Below, in pieces: positions 10,497-21,400 of a stretch of DNA of 54,063 nucleotides. How positions within the stretch are numbered: the stretch's first letter is position 1; every line of letters begins with the position of its first letter. Below the pieces are notes generated by a model. It ran no database searches. It was not told the origin of the DNA and was given only the letters and a program-made list of their open reading frames with translations. The position numbers and the translations under genes were made by a program. This DNA comes from an uncultured Clostridia bacterium (lineage in GTDB: Bacteria; Bacillota; Clostridia; TANB77; CAG-508), in the NCBI GenBank assembly GCA_944392425.1, contig CALXWM010000001.1, forward strand, positions 89,589 through 143,651, in the 5' to 3' direction.

Positions 10497-10754
10497 ATGG
10501 CAACAAGAGATAAAAGTACATTCGTACTAATAATATTTATATTATGTGGACTTGTTATAGGAGGACTAATTGGAGAGCTGACACAGGGAGTAAGTTGGCT
10601 TAGTTGGCTATCATATGGACAAAGTTTTGGATTAACAGAGCCAATTTCTTTAGACTTAGGAGTTGTAAATTTATCATTTGCAATAATGTTTAATATAAAT
10701 ATTTCTAGTATAATTGGAATAATAATTTCTATATTCATTTATAGAAAATTCTAA
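10497..10754 (+). CDS. Small membrane protein (DUF4321-like)
   Basis: 85 aa hydrophobic ORF with GGAGG RBS and an LDLGVVNLSF motif. This family usually sits upstream of maf/radC. Confidence 0.7.
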   Translation: MATRDKSTFVLIIFILCGLVIGGLIGELTQGVSWLSWLSYGQSFGLTEPISLDLGVVNLSFAIMFNINISSIIGIIISIFIYRKF

Positions 10755-10790
10755 TAAAAAGGAGTTTTTGGGGGCAGAAAGGATTTACTT

Positions 10791-11477
10791 ATGCCACTTA
10801 AAATGAAACAATTGCCAGAATCTGAAAGACCATATGAAAAATTATTAATGTATGGTGCAAAAAAGTTATCAAATGCAGAACTTTTGGCAATAATAATTAA
10901 AACAGGAACAAAAGAAGAGACATCAGTAGATATTGCTAACAGAATTTTATTACTTTCGGAAAATATTAGTGGACTTGCAAGTATTGGAATTGAAACTTTG
11001 GAAAAAATTAAAGGTATAGGAAAAGTTAAAGCAATTCAAATTAAGGCAGTATGTGAGTTAGCTACAAGAATAAATAATCCTATAAACAATCTAAAAACAA
11101 AAGTAATTAGACCAAGTGATGTTGCCGGTATATTTATGCAAGAACTAAAAAATGAAAAACATGAAAAGTTAAAACTAATTTTATTAAATTCAAAAAACGA
11201 AGTAGTAAAAAATATTGAACTAAAAACAGGATCAATTAATCAAATATCTGTAGCTCCAGCTGAAATTTTAAAGGAAGTAATTAAAGAGGAATTAGATAAA
11301 TTTATACTAATACATAATCATCCAAGTGGAGATTCCACACCAAGCAAAGCAGATTTAGATTTTACTAAAAAAGTAGAAGAGTGCTCTAAATTATTCAAGT
11401 TAAATTTTTTAGATCATATTGTAATAGGAAAAGACAACTATACAAGTATTAAAACTATAGAAAATAAAAAACAATAA
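10791..11477 (+). CDS. radC: RadC/JAB domain protein
   Basis: ERPYEKL..YG...LSNAELLAII, HNHPSGD..PS..D and LDHIVIG. Confidence 0.93.
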   Translation: MPLKMKQLPESERPYEKLLMYGAKKLSNAELLAIIIKTGTKEETSVDIANRILLLSENISGLASIGIETLEKIKGIGKVKAIQIKAVCELATRINNPINNLKTKVIRPSDVAGIFMQELKNEKHEKLKLILLNSKNEVVKNIELKTGSINQISVAPAEILKEVIKEELDKFILIHNHPSGDSTPSKADLDFTKKVEECSKLFKLNFLDHIVIGKDNYTSIKTIENKKQ

Positions 11478-11559
11478 AGTAATTGAGCATAATCAAAAAG
11501 CATAATTATAAATATCTGCAATTTATTATATAAAACATACAAGAAAGGAATTTTTAGCA

Positions 11560-12597
11560 ATGAATCTTGATTTATTAAACTTTAATTCAAAAGATATAGG
11601 TATGGACCTAGGAACTGCAAATATTTTAATTGCCTTAAAAGGGAAGGGTATAGTTTTAAGAGAACCATCAGTGGTTGCTTTAGACAAAGTTACTGGTGAA
11701 ATTGTTGCAACTGGTAAAGAAGCAAGAGAAATGCTTGGAAGAACACCGGAAAATATTAAAGCAGTAAGACCTATGCAAGATGGGGTTATAGCAGATTTTA
11801 CTGCAACAGGGTTAATGCTTAAAAATATGCTAAAAAAGGTTTGCCAAAAATATAATGCAGGAAAGCCAAGAGTAGTAGTTGGAGTTCCATCAGGTATTAC
11901 AGAAGTTGAAAGAAGAGCCATAGAAGAAGCTTTTTTACAAGCAAATGCTAAAGAAGTATATTTAATTCAAGAACCTATGGCAGCTGCTATTGGTGCAGGA
12001 ATAAATGTAAAAGAGCCTATGGGAAATATGATAGTAGACATTGGTGGAGGAACTACTGAAGTTGCAGTTATTTCACTTGGAGGAATAGTTGCAAGTAACT
12101 CAATAAGAGTTGCAGGAAATGAAATAGATGAAAGTATAGTAGAATATTTAAAAAGCCATAAAGGCATAGCGATTGGACAAACAGCAGCAGAAAGCTTAAA
12201 AATAGAGCTTGGTTGTGCACTTCCTTTAGTGTCTGAAATTACTAAAGAAATTAGAGGAAGAGATTTAGATACAGGACTTCCTAAGAATGTAACAGTATCA
12301 TCTAAAGATATTGAGCAGGCTATGAGAAAACCAATAAATGAAATATTAGAAGCAATAATAAATACATTATCTGTTACTCCACCAGAACTTTCAGCTGATA
12401 TTATCGTAAATGGTATTTATTTGGCAGGTGGTGGAGCACAAATAAGAAATTTAGATAATTTAATTGCACAAAGAACAGGTGTACAAACATATGTGGCAGA
12501 TACACCACTTGAATGTGTTGCAATAGGTGCAGGAAAAGTACTAGAAAACATAGATAATCTAAAAAGCGTATTAATGAATGCAGGAAAGAAAATGTAA
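11560..12597 (+). CDS. mreB: Rod shape-determining protein MreB
   Basis: DLGTAN, EPSVVA, EPMAAAIGAG and DIGGGTTEVAVISLGG. Confidence 0.96.
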   Translation: MNLDLLNFNSKDIGMDLGTANILIALKGKGIVLREPSVVALDKVTGEIVATGKEAREMLGRTPENIKAVRPMQDGVIADFTATGLMLKNMLKKVCQKYNAGKPRVVVGVPSGITEVERRAIEEAFLQANAKEVYLIQEPMAAAIGAGINVKEPMGNMIVDIGGGTTEVAVISLGGIVASNSIRVAGNEIDESIVEYLKSHKGIAIGQTAAESLKIELGCALPLVSEITKEIRGRDLDTGLPKNVTVSSKDIEQAMRKPINEILEAIINTLSVTPPELSADIIVNGIYLAGGGAQIRNLDNLIAQRTGVQTYVADTPLECVAIGAGKVLENIDNLKSVLMNAGKKM

Positions 12598-12616
12598 TTA
12601 ACTTATAATTCATTAC

Positions 12617-12765
12617 AAGCTCAAATATACATTCTTCCACATTTCACTGCGCGGGTCGCTTCGCTCCAGCTTGCCCGCTACACTCTGCAGTCCTACTTAG
12701 TTAAAATTTAAAATGCTCGCGCTGCAACTGTTCGCTGAAATGTTCCAGAACATATATTTGAGCTT
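12617..12765. repeat. Structured GC-rich interspersed repeat, copy B (inverted relative to A)
   Basis: Terminal IR AAGCTCAAATATA/TATATTTGAGCTT; the core is the reverse complement of copy A. Confidence 0.85.
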
Positions 12766-12819
12766 ATAAAAAGTTATAGGAACTTTAAAACCTAAATAAA
12801 TAGAAGGAATGATTATTTA

Positions 12820-13632
12820 ATGAAAAATAAAGCTGGCTTAATTGGAATTATCATAACAGTAGTAGTATTAATAGTTGTTGTAATAGTTTCAAATATTAGT
12901 ACAGGAAACTTGTCATTTATAGAAGGTGTGGCTGGTACGATATTTGTTCCAATCCAAAACGGAATAGTATTTTTAAAAAATAAAATTACAGGAAATGAAC
13001 AAGAAAATAGTGATATAGCAAGCTTACAAGAAGAAAACAGAAGCTTAAAAGATGAAAATAGTAAATTACAAGAACAACTAAGAGAACTGGAAATATTAAA
13101 ATCAGAAAATAATACCTTAAAAGAATATGTTAATTTAAAAGATAAATATTCTGAATTTACAACTGTACCAGCTTATGTAATAGAAAGAAGTATTAGTAAT
13201 TATGAAAAAATAGTTGTCATAAATGCAGGAACCGATGATGGTGTAAAAGAAAATATGCCAGTCATATCAGAATCAGGATTAGTTGGATATGTAATTTCAG
13301 CAACAAATAATACTGCAAAAATTCAAACGATAATAGATACTGCAAGTAGTGTTAGTGCAAATATTTCAAATGTGCAAGATAGTGTAATACTTAGAGGAAC
13401 TCTTAACAACACAGAAACAGTAAGAGCAACATATATACCAGCAGATAGCACAATTCTTCAAGGAGATCAAGTTGTAACCTCAGGTCTTGGCGGAATTTAC
13501 CCAAAAGGTATTTTAATAGGTACTGTAAAAAGTGTTGTCAATACCAAAAATGAGGCAGACAGATATGCAGAAATTGAAGTGGCTACAGACTTTTCAAGAC
13601 TAGAAACAGTATTAGTAATCACTCAAAATTAA
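12820..13632 (+). CDS. mreC: Rod shape-determining protein MreC
   Basis: N-terminal TM, coiled coil, GLVG and VVTSGLGGIYPKGILIG. Confidence 0.93.
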   Translation: MKNKAGLIGIIITVVVLIVVVIVSNISTGNLSFIEGVAGTIFVPIQNGIVFLKNKITGNEQENSDIASLQEENRSLKDENSKLQEQLRELEILKSENNTLKEYVNLKDKYSEFTTVPAYVIERSISNYEKIVVINAGTDDGVKENMPVISESGLVGYVISATNNTAKIQTIIDTASSVSANISNVQDSVILRGTLNNTETVRATYIPADSTILQGDQVVTSGLGGIYPKGILIGTVKSVVNTKNEADRYAEIEVATDFSRLETVLVITQN

Positions 13633-13704
13633 TAATTTGATATATATTCTGGAGCTTTTAGTGACCCGAGGCAGAGTAAATATCAAAGTTTAAAGGAGAT
13701 TAAA

Positions 13705-14238
13705 TTGCGAAAATTTAAAGTTATTCTAATTTTATTATTAACATTTTTTATAATATATTTTTTACAATTAAATTTCTTCTCTTGGTTTAATATAGGTGGA
13801 ATAATGCCAAACCTTATAATTGTTTTAACACTATTTATAGGATTATTTATAGGAAACAAAACAGGAGCTATATTTGGCATAATATTTGGTATAATTATAG
13901 ACCTAAACCTTGGAAAAACAATAGGTATAACATCAGTTTTATTGGCTATTATAGGCTTACTTGGAGAGTATATGGACAAAAACTTTTCAAAAGATAGCAG
14001 AGTAACTATAATAGTAATGTCTGCTGTAAGCACAATTATTTATGAAGTATTTACATATGCTATAAATATTTTTCAATATGGAGGAGTACCAGAAATACTT
14101 ACATTTACACTTACTCTACTAGTGGAAATATTATTCAACACAATGCTTATAATTATATTTTATCCTTTAATGAAAAAATTAGGATATTATTTAGAAGAAC
14201 AATATAAAGGTAAAAAGATTTTAACAAGATATTTTTAA
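13705..14238 (+). CDS. mreD: Rod shape-determining protein MreD
   Basis: Hydrophobic protein with MPNL and G..FGII.D motifs, located after mreC. TTG start with AAGGAG RBS. Confidence 0.88.
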   Translation: MRKFKVILILLLTFFIIYFLQLNFFSWFNIGGIMPNLIIVLTLFIGLFIGNKTGAIFGIIFGIIIDLNLGKTIGITSVLLAIIGLLGEYMDKNFSKDSRVTIIVMSAVSTIIYEVFTYAINIFQYGGVPEILTFTLTLLVEILFNTMLIIIFYPLMKKLGYYLEEQYKGKKILTRYF

Positions 14239-14298
14239 TTTTATACATAAATTAATATCAAAAAATAAAAAACGATAATAAAAGAGATTGGAGGAATA

Positions 14299-16368
14299 GT
14301 GGAAAGTAGAAAAGATAACAAATTAAGATACAATATTGCTATAGCAATTGTATATATAATTGGAATAATACTTTTACTTCAACTTTTTAATTTGCAAATA
14401 GTAAATGGTCAAGAATATAGGGAAGAATCAAACACAAGGCTAACAAGGGAAACCACCATAAAAGCAGCAAGAGGAAACATACTAGACAGTAGTGGCGAAA
14501 AACTAGTATCCACAAAATTGGTATACAATGTGGAAATCTATAAGACAAAAGTTGATACACAAACATTAAATAATGCACTTTTATTGTTAGCACAAACTTT
14601 AGAGCAAAATGGTGACAAATATGTAGACAATTTTCCAATAACAGTTGAACCATATGCTTTCAAAAATGAAGAAACAGCACAAACTTTTAAAGAACAGAAT
14701 AAACTAGACTCAAGTTATGATGCAGAAGCTTGCTTTAATTATTTTAAGCAAGAATATGAAGTAAATACAGGCAATGTGCAAGATGCCAGAAAAATAATTA
14801 CATTAAGATATGAAATAGAAAAAGATGGATATAGCAATACTAAATCAGTTGAATTAGCAGAAAACATTAGTAATAGTAGCTTAGCAAAATTAAATGAAAT
14901 GGGTTCAAGTTTTCCAGGAATAAGCACAACATCAGAGCCAACCTTGTCATATCCTTATGGACTTTTAGCATCACATATTTTAGGATATGTTGGTCCAATA
15001 AGTGAAGATGAATTAAAAGCAAATCCAGATGAGTATGACCAAAATGATATAACTGGTAAAACAGGTATAGAGCAAGTTTTAGAGAAATATTTAAAAGGAA
15101 CTGATGGTGTTAAGCAAATAGACATGTCAGTAGATGGTGTAGTAACAGATGAATACATTGCAAAAGAAGCAGTAGCAGGAGCAGATGTAATGCTTACCAT
15201 AGATAGTGACCTACAAAAAATAACTGAAGATGCATTACAAAAAAACATACAAATGATGCAAAATGGAGAGCTTAAAGATGCAGAAATGGCAAAAGAAGGA
15301 GCAGCTGTTGTAGTAAATGTAAAAACGGGCGAAATATTAGCAATGGCAAGTTATCCAAACTATGATCCTTCATTATTTATAGATGGCATAAGTACAGAAA
15401 ACTGGAATAATTATCTAAATGCAGAAGATCACCCACTTATGAACAAAGCAATAAGCTCAATTTCACCACCAGGCTCAACATTTAAAATGGTAACAGCAAT
15501 AGCAGGACTTGAAAGTGGAGCAATAGATGTAAACACAAAAATAAATGACACTGGAGTTTATAGATATTATAAAGACTATCAACCAAAATGTTGGAAAAGC
15601 GGTGGTCATGGATGGCTAAATGTAACAAAAGCCATAGAAGTATCTTGTAACTACTTCTTCTATGAAACAGGTAGAAGAACAGGCATAGATAGATTAGTTC
15701 AAGTTGCTTCAGCATTTGGACTAGGACAAAAAACAGGTATAGAATTGCCAGGAGAAGAAGCAGGAGTTTTAGCTTCTAGAGAAACAATGAGCCCTTGGAT
15801 TGATGGATATACTGTTCAAGCAGCTATAGGACAACTTAATAACTCATTCACACCACTTCAAATGGCTAAATATGTTGCAATGGTTGCAAACGGAGGTCAT
15901 AACCTAAATTTAACAATAATAAAATCTGTAACTAATTCTGATGGAACAGAAGTGCCAAAAGAAGAAATAGAAAGCTATGTAAATGAAAAATTAGGCGTTA
16001 GCGGAAATAGTGGATCTGATTTAAGTATTAGTGAAGAAAACTTAAATGCAGTGAAAGAAGGAATGAGAGGAGTTACAAGTGATGGATCTGGTACAGCTTA
16101 TAGATATTTCTCAGACTTTGATATAGAAGTAGGTGGAAAAACAGGTTCTGCATCAACAAATGAAAGTGGAAATGCCAACGCATGGTTTGTTGGATTTGCA
16201 CCATTTGATGACCCAGAAATAGCTGTAGCCGTATATATTAAAGACGGTCAGCACGGAGCTTCTACGGCAGTAACTGCTAGAGATATATTTGCACAATACT
16301 TTGGTATGAACTCAGAACAAATTACTGAAGACATGACTGCTACATCTGATATGCAAACAGTTAGATAA
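14299..16368 (+). CDS. mrdA: Class B penicillin-binding protein 2
   Basis: STFK (SxxK), SCN (SxN) and KTG motifs; RGNILD dimerisation motif. Confidence 0.92.
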   Translation: MESRKDNKLRYNIAIAIVYIIGIILLLQLFNLQIVNGQEYREESNTRLTRETTIKAARGNILDSSGEKLVSTKLVYNVEIYKTKVDTQTLNNALLLLAQTLEQNGDKYVDNFPITVEPYAFKNEETAQTFKEQNKLDSSYDAEACFNYFKQEYEVNTGNVQDARKIITLRYEIEKDGYSNTKSVELAENISNSSLAKLNEMGSSFPGISTTSEPTLSYPYGLLASHILGYVGPISEDELKANPDEYDQNDITGKTGIEQVLEKYLKGTDGVKQIDMSVDGVVTDEYIAKEAVAGADVMLTIDSDLQKITEDALQKNIQMMQNGELKDAEMAKEGAAVVVNVKTGEILAMASYPNYDPSLFIDGISTENWNNYLNAEDHPLMNKAISSISPPGSTFKMVTAIAGLESGAIDVNTKINDTGVYRYYKDYQPKCWKSGGHGWLNVTKAIEVSCNYFFYETGRRTGIDRLVQVASAFGLGQKTGIELPGEEAGVLASRETMSPWIDGYTVQAAIGQLNNSFTPLQMAKYVAMVANGGHNLNLTIIKSVTNSDGTEVPKEEIESYVNEKLGVSGNSGSDLSISEENLNAVKEGMRGVTSDGSGTAYRYFSDFDIEVGGKTGSASTNESGNANAWFVGFAPFDDPEIAVAVYIKDGQHGASTAVTARDIFAQYFGMNSEQITEDMTATSDMQTVR

Positions 16369-16515
16369 TATATACGTCGTCTGAGCTTGCTTAAGGCTCA
16401 GAACATATATTGTAATTTTATGGTTGAATAATAAATAAATGAATGTTATAATAATTTTAAATTTACAAAAGATAAAGGGAGGTTTGGAAAATTATATTAT
16501 TAGGGGAAATTAAAG

Positions 16516-17130
16516 ATGTCTAGATGCATTAATATTTATTTTAAAAAAGATAGTATTGTACTTAAAATTAAAGAAGACGCAACAACTAACGAAATTTTAA
16601 CTGAGTTACAAGAAAAATTGCCGGATTTAAAAGACTTCTACAAAGACGAAAGGACTCCAATATTAGTTACTGGAAAAATTCTTAAAAGGTTTGAAATTGA
16701 CAATATACAAAAAATGATTCAAAGCATAATAAAGGTAAAAGTTGATTTTGACAGTCCTAAAACATTGGGACTTCATGATATAAAAAGAACTTTTAGAAAA
16801 GACATACAAATATCTGAAACTAAGTTTTATAAAGGTTCTATAAGATCAGGCCAAAGACTAGAATTTGAAGGAAGCATAGTTATAATTGGCGACGTAAATG
16901 ATGGTGCAGAAGTAATTGCAGAAGACAATATTGCTGTTGTTGGAAGCCTTAGAGGAATGGCACATGCAGGAGCTAAAGGAAATGAAAAAGCAATTATTGC
17001 AGCAAACATCATATTATCACCACAAATAAGAATTTCTAGTAAAATTTTAGAAAGAGACAGAAAAGACATAGAAAGAGAAAGCTTCACATATGCATACATA
17101 AACGATGATGGAATGATAGAAATGGAATAG
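16516..17130 (+). CDS. minC: Septum site-determining protein MinC
   Basis: IRSGQ..EFEGSIVIIGDVN.GAEVIA and LRGMAHAG. Confidence 0.9.
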   Translation: MSRCINIYFKKDSIVLKIKEDATTNEILTELQEKLPDLKDFYKDERTPILVTGKILKRFEIDNIQKMIQSIIKVKVDFDSPKTLGLHDIKRTFRKDIQISETKFYKGSIRSGQRLEFEGSIVIIGDVNDGAEVIAEDNIAVVGSLRGMAHAGAKGNEKAIIAANIILSPQIRISSKILERDRKDIERESFTYAYINDDGMIEME

Positions 17131-17131
17131 T

Positions 17132-17369
17132 TTTTCAGTTGGAGACGGTCCTAAATCGAAAATTTAATAATATGCAATATAAATCACAATATACATTCTT
17201 TCTCATTTCACGGCAGAACCACTGCCGCACGTTTCACTTCGCTCCTACGTCGCCTGCGTTCAACTGAAATGTCAAGAACATATATTGTGATTCTTTAGAT
17301 AATTTAATGTTCAAAAAAGGGCGTCCCTAATTGAACTTTTTTCGATTTAGGACCGTCCCCAACTGAAAA
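17132..17369. repeat. REPIN/MITE-like element: 31-bp inverted repeats enclosing a divergent third copy (C, 17182-17292) of the structured repeat
   Basis: TTTTCAGTTGGAGACGGTCCTAAATCGAAAA (17132-17162) matches its reverse complement at 17339-17369 with one mismatch. Confidence 0.75.
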
Positions 17370-17531
17370 TTAATTTAATAATAGCAGTAATAATGCGATG
17401 TAAAGGAACTTATCCTTTACATCTTCTTTATATAAAATAAAGAGAATAAGCATTATTAAAAGGTCATCTGTATGCAATTTAAAACCAAATATGTTTATTA
17501 CCCCATCATCATCTACTGGAAACAAATTCAA
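17370..17531 (-). CDS. 53-aa small membrane protein
   Basis: TTG start overlaps the upstream TGA and has a GGTGGTG RBS: MNLFPVDDDGVINIFGFKLHTDDLLIMLILFILYKEDVKDKFLYIALLLLLLN*. Absent from the ORF track. Confidence 0.6.
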   Translation of the reverse strand: MNLFPVDDDGVINIFGFKLHTDDLLIMLILFILYKEDVKDKFLYIALLLLLLN

Positions 17532-18148
17532 TTCTTATCACCACCAAACAAGTCAAAAGCTTGTGTTATTTTTCCCATCTTAATCAGTTTAATATATTCA
17601 TCTACTTTTTCCTTTTTTTCATTACGCAAATAAGGCTTTAGCGACATTAACAACTTAGACATGTCGTCATCATTATTAAAGGATTTCATCTTAGACATTA
17701 CGCCTTGAAGTTTCATCATTGTTTCAATATCTATATTAGGAAAATCTAAGCTTCCTTCATTGCTGTTTTGACTTGAATTTTGACTATTTGAGTGATTATT
17801 ATTGCTAGTATTGCTATTGTTGTTATTACCCCTTTGAGAATAAGTAGAAGAATACTTATTATAATTGTTTTGATTATTATAATTATTTTGATTATTGTAA
17901 TTATTAGAATTACTATAATTGCTATGATTATTGTAATTGTTAGAATTGCCATAATTGTTTTGACTATTGTAATTGCTATGATTATTATTGTAGTTATTAG
18001 CATTATTATGGCTATTTTGATTATTTATATTATTTGTTCCATTATTTTGCATATTTTTAACAAGACTTTTCAATTCATCAGGAATCTGATTATTGTTAAT
18101 CATTTCTTGAGCTTTTTTTATCATATTAGCCATATCATTATCATTCAT
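17528..18148 (-). CDS. Asn-rich hypothetical protein, probably sporulation-associated
   Basis: GGAGG RBS before ATG 18148. The C-terminal LLMSLKPYL...KVDE.IK motif and an upstream CATATAAT sigE/sigK-like -10 suggest sporulation. Confidence 0.7.
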   Translation of the reverse strand: MNDNDMANMIKKAQEMINNNQIPDELKSLVKNMQNNGTNNINNQNSHNNANNYNNNHSNYNSQNNYGNSNNYNNHSNYSNSNNYNNQNNYNNQNNYNKYSSTYSQRGNNNNSNTSNNNHSNSQNSSQNSNEGSLDFPNIDIETMMKLQGVMSKMKSFNNDDDMSKLLMSLKPYLRNEKKEKVDEYIKLIKMGKITQAFDLFGGDKN

Positions 18149-18474
18149 AGTTAAGCCTCCATTATACAAATATTACAATCAAAATCTCTTACGCAAACTT
18201 AATATATAACTATAATATTATATGCAACAGCTTGGGATTTGTTACAATTTTGTAAAGAAAATTTAATAAAAAAGCTGTGAAAACGGCTTCCGTATGCGGA
18301 AAAAATAAATAGAATTAAAATTTTCAAAATGAATTATTGATATTAATTGAAAGAAAGGTTAATATATGAAAGAATATTAATATAAATTAATAAAAAATAT
18401 GTTAAAAACCTTGAAAAATAGCAAAAAAGAAGGTATAATTAAGTTATGTTAATTTAAAAATTAGGAGGGTTACT

Positions 18475-21400
18475 ATGCAAAAAATATTGAGCAAAGCTAT
18501 AGCCATTATGTTGATTGCAATTTTAGTTGGATTTAATTGCATTACAACAGGCGTATATGCAGCAAATATCATTGAACAAAACAATGAAACATCTGAAGAA
18601 AATATTACTTTTGATGTAAAACTAGGAAATGAAAGTTCACATGAAGGATATGAGTACACAGCAGACATAGATTCTACTGACACAAACTTATATCTTAATA
18701 TTGGTGTGAAAAATACAGGATATTTAAAAAATATTGCAATAAACCTAGAAAATTCAAATTTCAAAATTGATTATTCAAAAGTAAATAATGATCAAATTAA
18801 AAACATAACAGATTATACTGTAGAGCTAAATCAAATAGCTACTAACAGAACAGTAGAACTAGTAATACCAATCATACCAACAATGAATGATAGTATTGCA
18901 ATAGATGAACTTGGTAAAGACAGTACAATTAAATTTTTAGCTACTTACATAAATGAAGACAACAAAGAAAAATCTATCGAAAAAGATATGACAGTTCACC
19001 TTAACTGGACAACAGCTGAAGAAAATTTGGTTGGAGAATTAAGCCAAGATGTAATTAGATATTTAAATTATAATGGCAAGACTATGTTAAGCTTTTTATT
19101 AAGTGATGGCTTAAAAGATTCTAAATTACCAGTAAGTTCAAAACAAATACAAGTAAAAGTACCTACAGTAAATTCTTTAAACCCTGAAGAAGTTATAGTA
19201 ACCGCAATAGATACACTTGCTACAAATGGTAAAGCAGATGGGGTTAATTTTACTACAGATAACTATACATACGATAGTCAAACAGGTATGCTTACAATAA
19301 ATGTTTCTAACCCAGCAAATGAACAAGGTATGGTAGCTTGGAATAAAGGAAGTCAAGACAGGTTTGTTATTACATATATATATGGTACAAATACAAATGA
19401 AGAGGCAATAGATGTTCATACAGAAGTAACAACTAATACAACATTATTAAATGGACAAGTTATTACTGTAAACATGGAAACAAAGGATTACAGCTTGGAT
19501 TCAAAAATTGGTGACATAGCAACAGTTGAAGTTGTACCACAAGAGGCTACAATAAATAAAGGATATATGTATTCAAACAAAGATAAACAAGATGGTCAAA
19601 TCGAAACAGAGTTTAGCGAAAAATATAGAATAAATATAGGATTGGCAGAAGCACTTAATGAAGTTACTGTTAAAGAAAATGGAGATTTCTTAGGAGAAGT
19701 TAATGCAAGCAATTATATTTATGATAAAAAAGTTGGCGTTACAAAGGATGAACTTACAAAAGTTTTAGGTGAAGATGGATATATTAATGTTTTAACATCA
19801 GACGGAACAACAATTGGAACATTAAATAAAGATACATTAGAATTAGACATTAATAATTCAAATATAACTTTTGTTACAAGCAAACCTCAAACTGAAGGAG
19901 AGATAAATTTAAATATAACAAAGGCTATTAAAGGAAATTTAGATTATACAAAAAGTCAAATTTCTAGTTTTAAAACATTATCTACAAAAGTACAAATAAA
20001 TAATGAATCAGTTGGAGAGATTTCTTTAGAAGAACCAACTTCAAAAGTAAATATGGAAATAAGCAATAATAATTTATCTACAGTTGTAACAAATGAAAAT
20101 GTTGTAATGAATATCACATTAGAAAGAGATGATATAACAGATAATTTATTTGCTAATCCAGAACTTAATATTACATTCCCAGAAGAAGTTACAAATATAG
20201 TAGCAAAAGATGCTACATTATTATATGAAGATGAATTAGTAAGTGAAAACTTAAATGTAAATGGAAGAACAATAAATCTTAAATTAGATGGAGTTCAAAC
20301 AAAATATAGTTCTCAATCCACTTCAAAAGGAACAGTTATTAGATTAGTTTTAGATTTAACATTAAATAATTTAAGTCCAAGTAAGCAAACTAATATATCA
20401 CTTTCATATACTAACGATAATGATAACTATGTAAATATTGCAAAAGAAGCAAATACAAACACAGTAGAGTTGCCTGTAAATGTAGTTGCTCCTACTGGAT
20501 TTGTAACAACTCAAAGTATTTGGGGTTATAATGGAGATGAAAAAGTAACTGCTCAAGAAGAAGAAGTTATAGGAAAATTACCAGTATTATCATCTGAAAA
20601 GACTGCAACAATTTCAGGAACAATTGTAAACAATTTAGGGAAAGATGCTGAAGGGTTGAAGATTCTTGGAAGGATACCTTTTAAGGGTAATAAACAAGTT
20701 GATGGAAGCAGTGATTTAGATTCAACATTTGATACAACACTTGCAGGAGAAGTAACAGTAGAAAATTTGGATGCTACAATTTACTACTCTGCAAATGGAG
20801 AAGCAACAACGGATTTAGAAGACCAGTCAAATGGATGGAATACTGAATATACTCAAGATGCTAAATCATATATGATAGTATCAAATGGAAATGTAACAAA
20901 TGCTGCAACATTTAATTTTAGTTACAATGTAAAAATCCCTGCAAATATAGATTATGCAAATGTTACTAAAGCAGTATATGGAGTATACTACAATAATAAT
21001 GCTGAAGAAGGAAATAAACAAAATGTAGTTTTAGCAGGTGCAGTAGGAATAAAGACAGAAGATATACCTGTATTAGAAACAACAATTAGAGTAGTAGATA
21101 GAAATAATGGAGAAGAAATCCAAGAAGGCGGAATGGCTAAAGCTGGAACATATATTAAATGTATAGTGAAAGTACAAAATACAGGAAAAGAAACAGCTAA
21201 AAATGTTAAAGGAAAAATAGATATTCCATCAGGCTGTACAGTAATAGAAAATGAAAATAATTTTGATATTCCAAAAAGTGAATCTAAGCAAGAAACACTA
21301 GAGTTTGGAGATATAGAACCTGGAAAAGAATCAACATGTGAAATTGAGATGCTTGTTCAAGTTGGATTGATTGAAGAAACAGATTTATCATTAAAGGCTG

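Noticed and set aside
17746-18154. Ile-rich ORFs at 17746-18003 (-) and 17792-18154 (+)
   Set aside because: Alternate-frame shadows of the Asn-rich AAT repeats.
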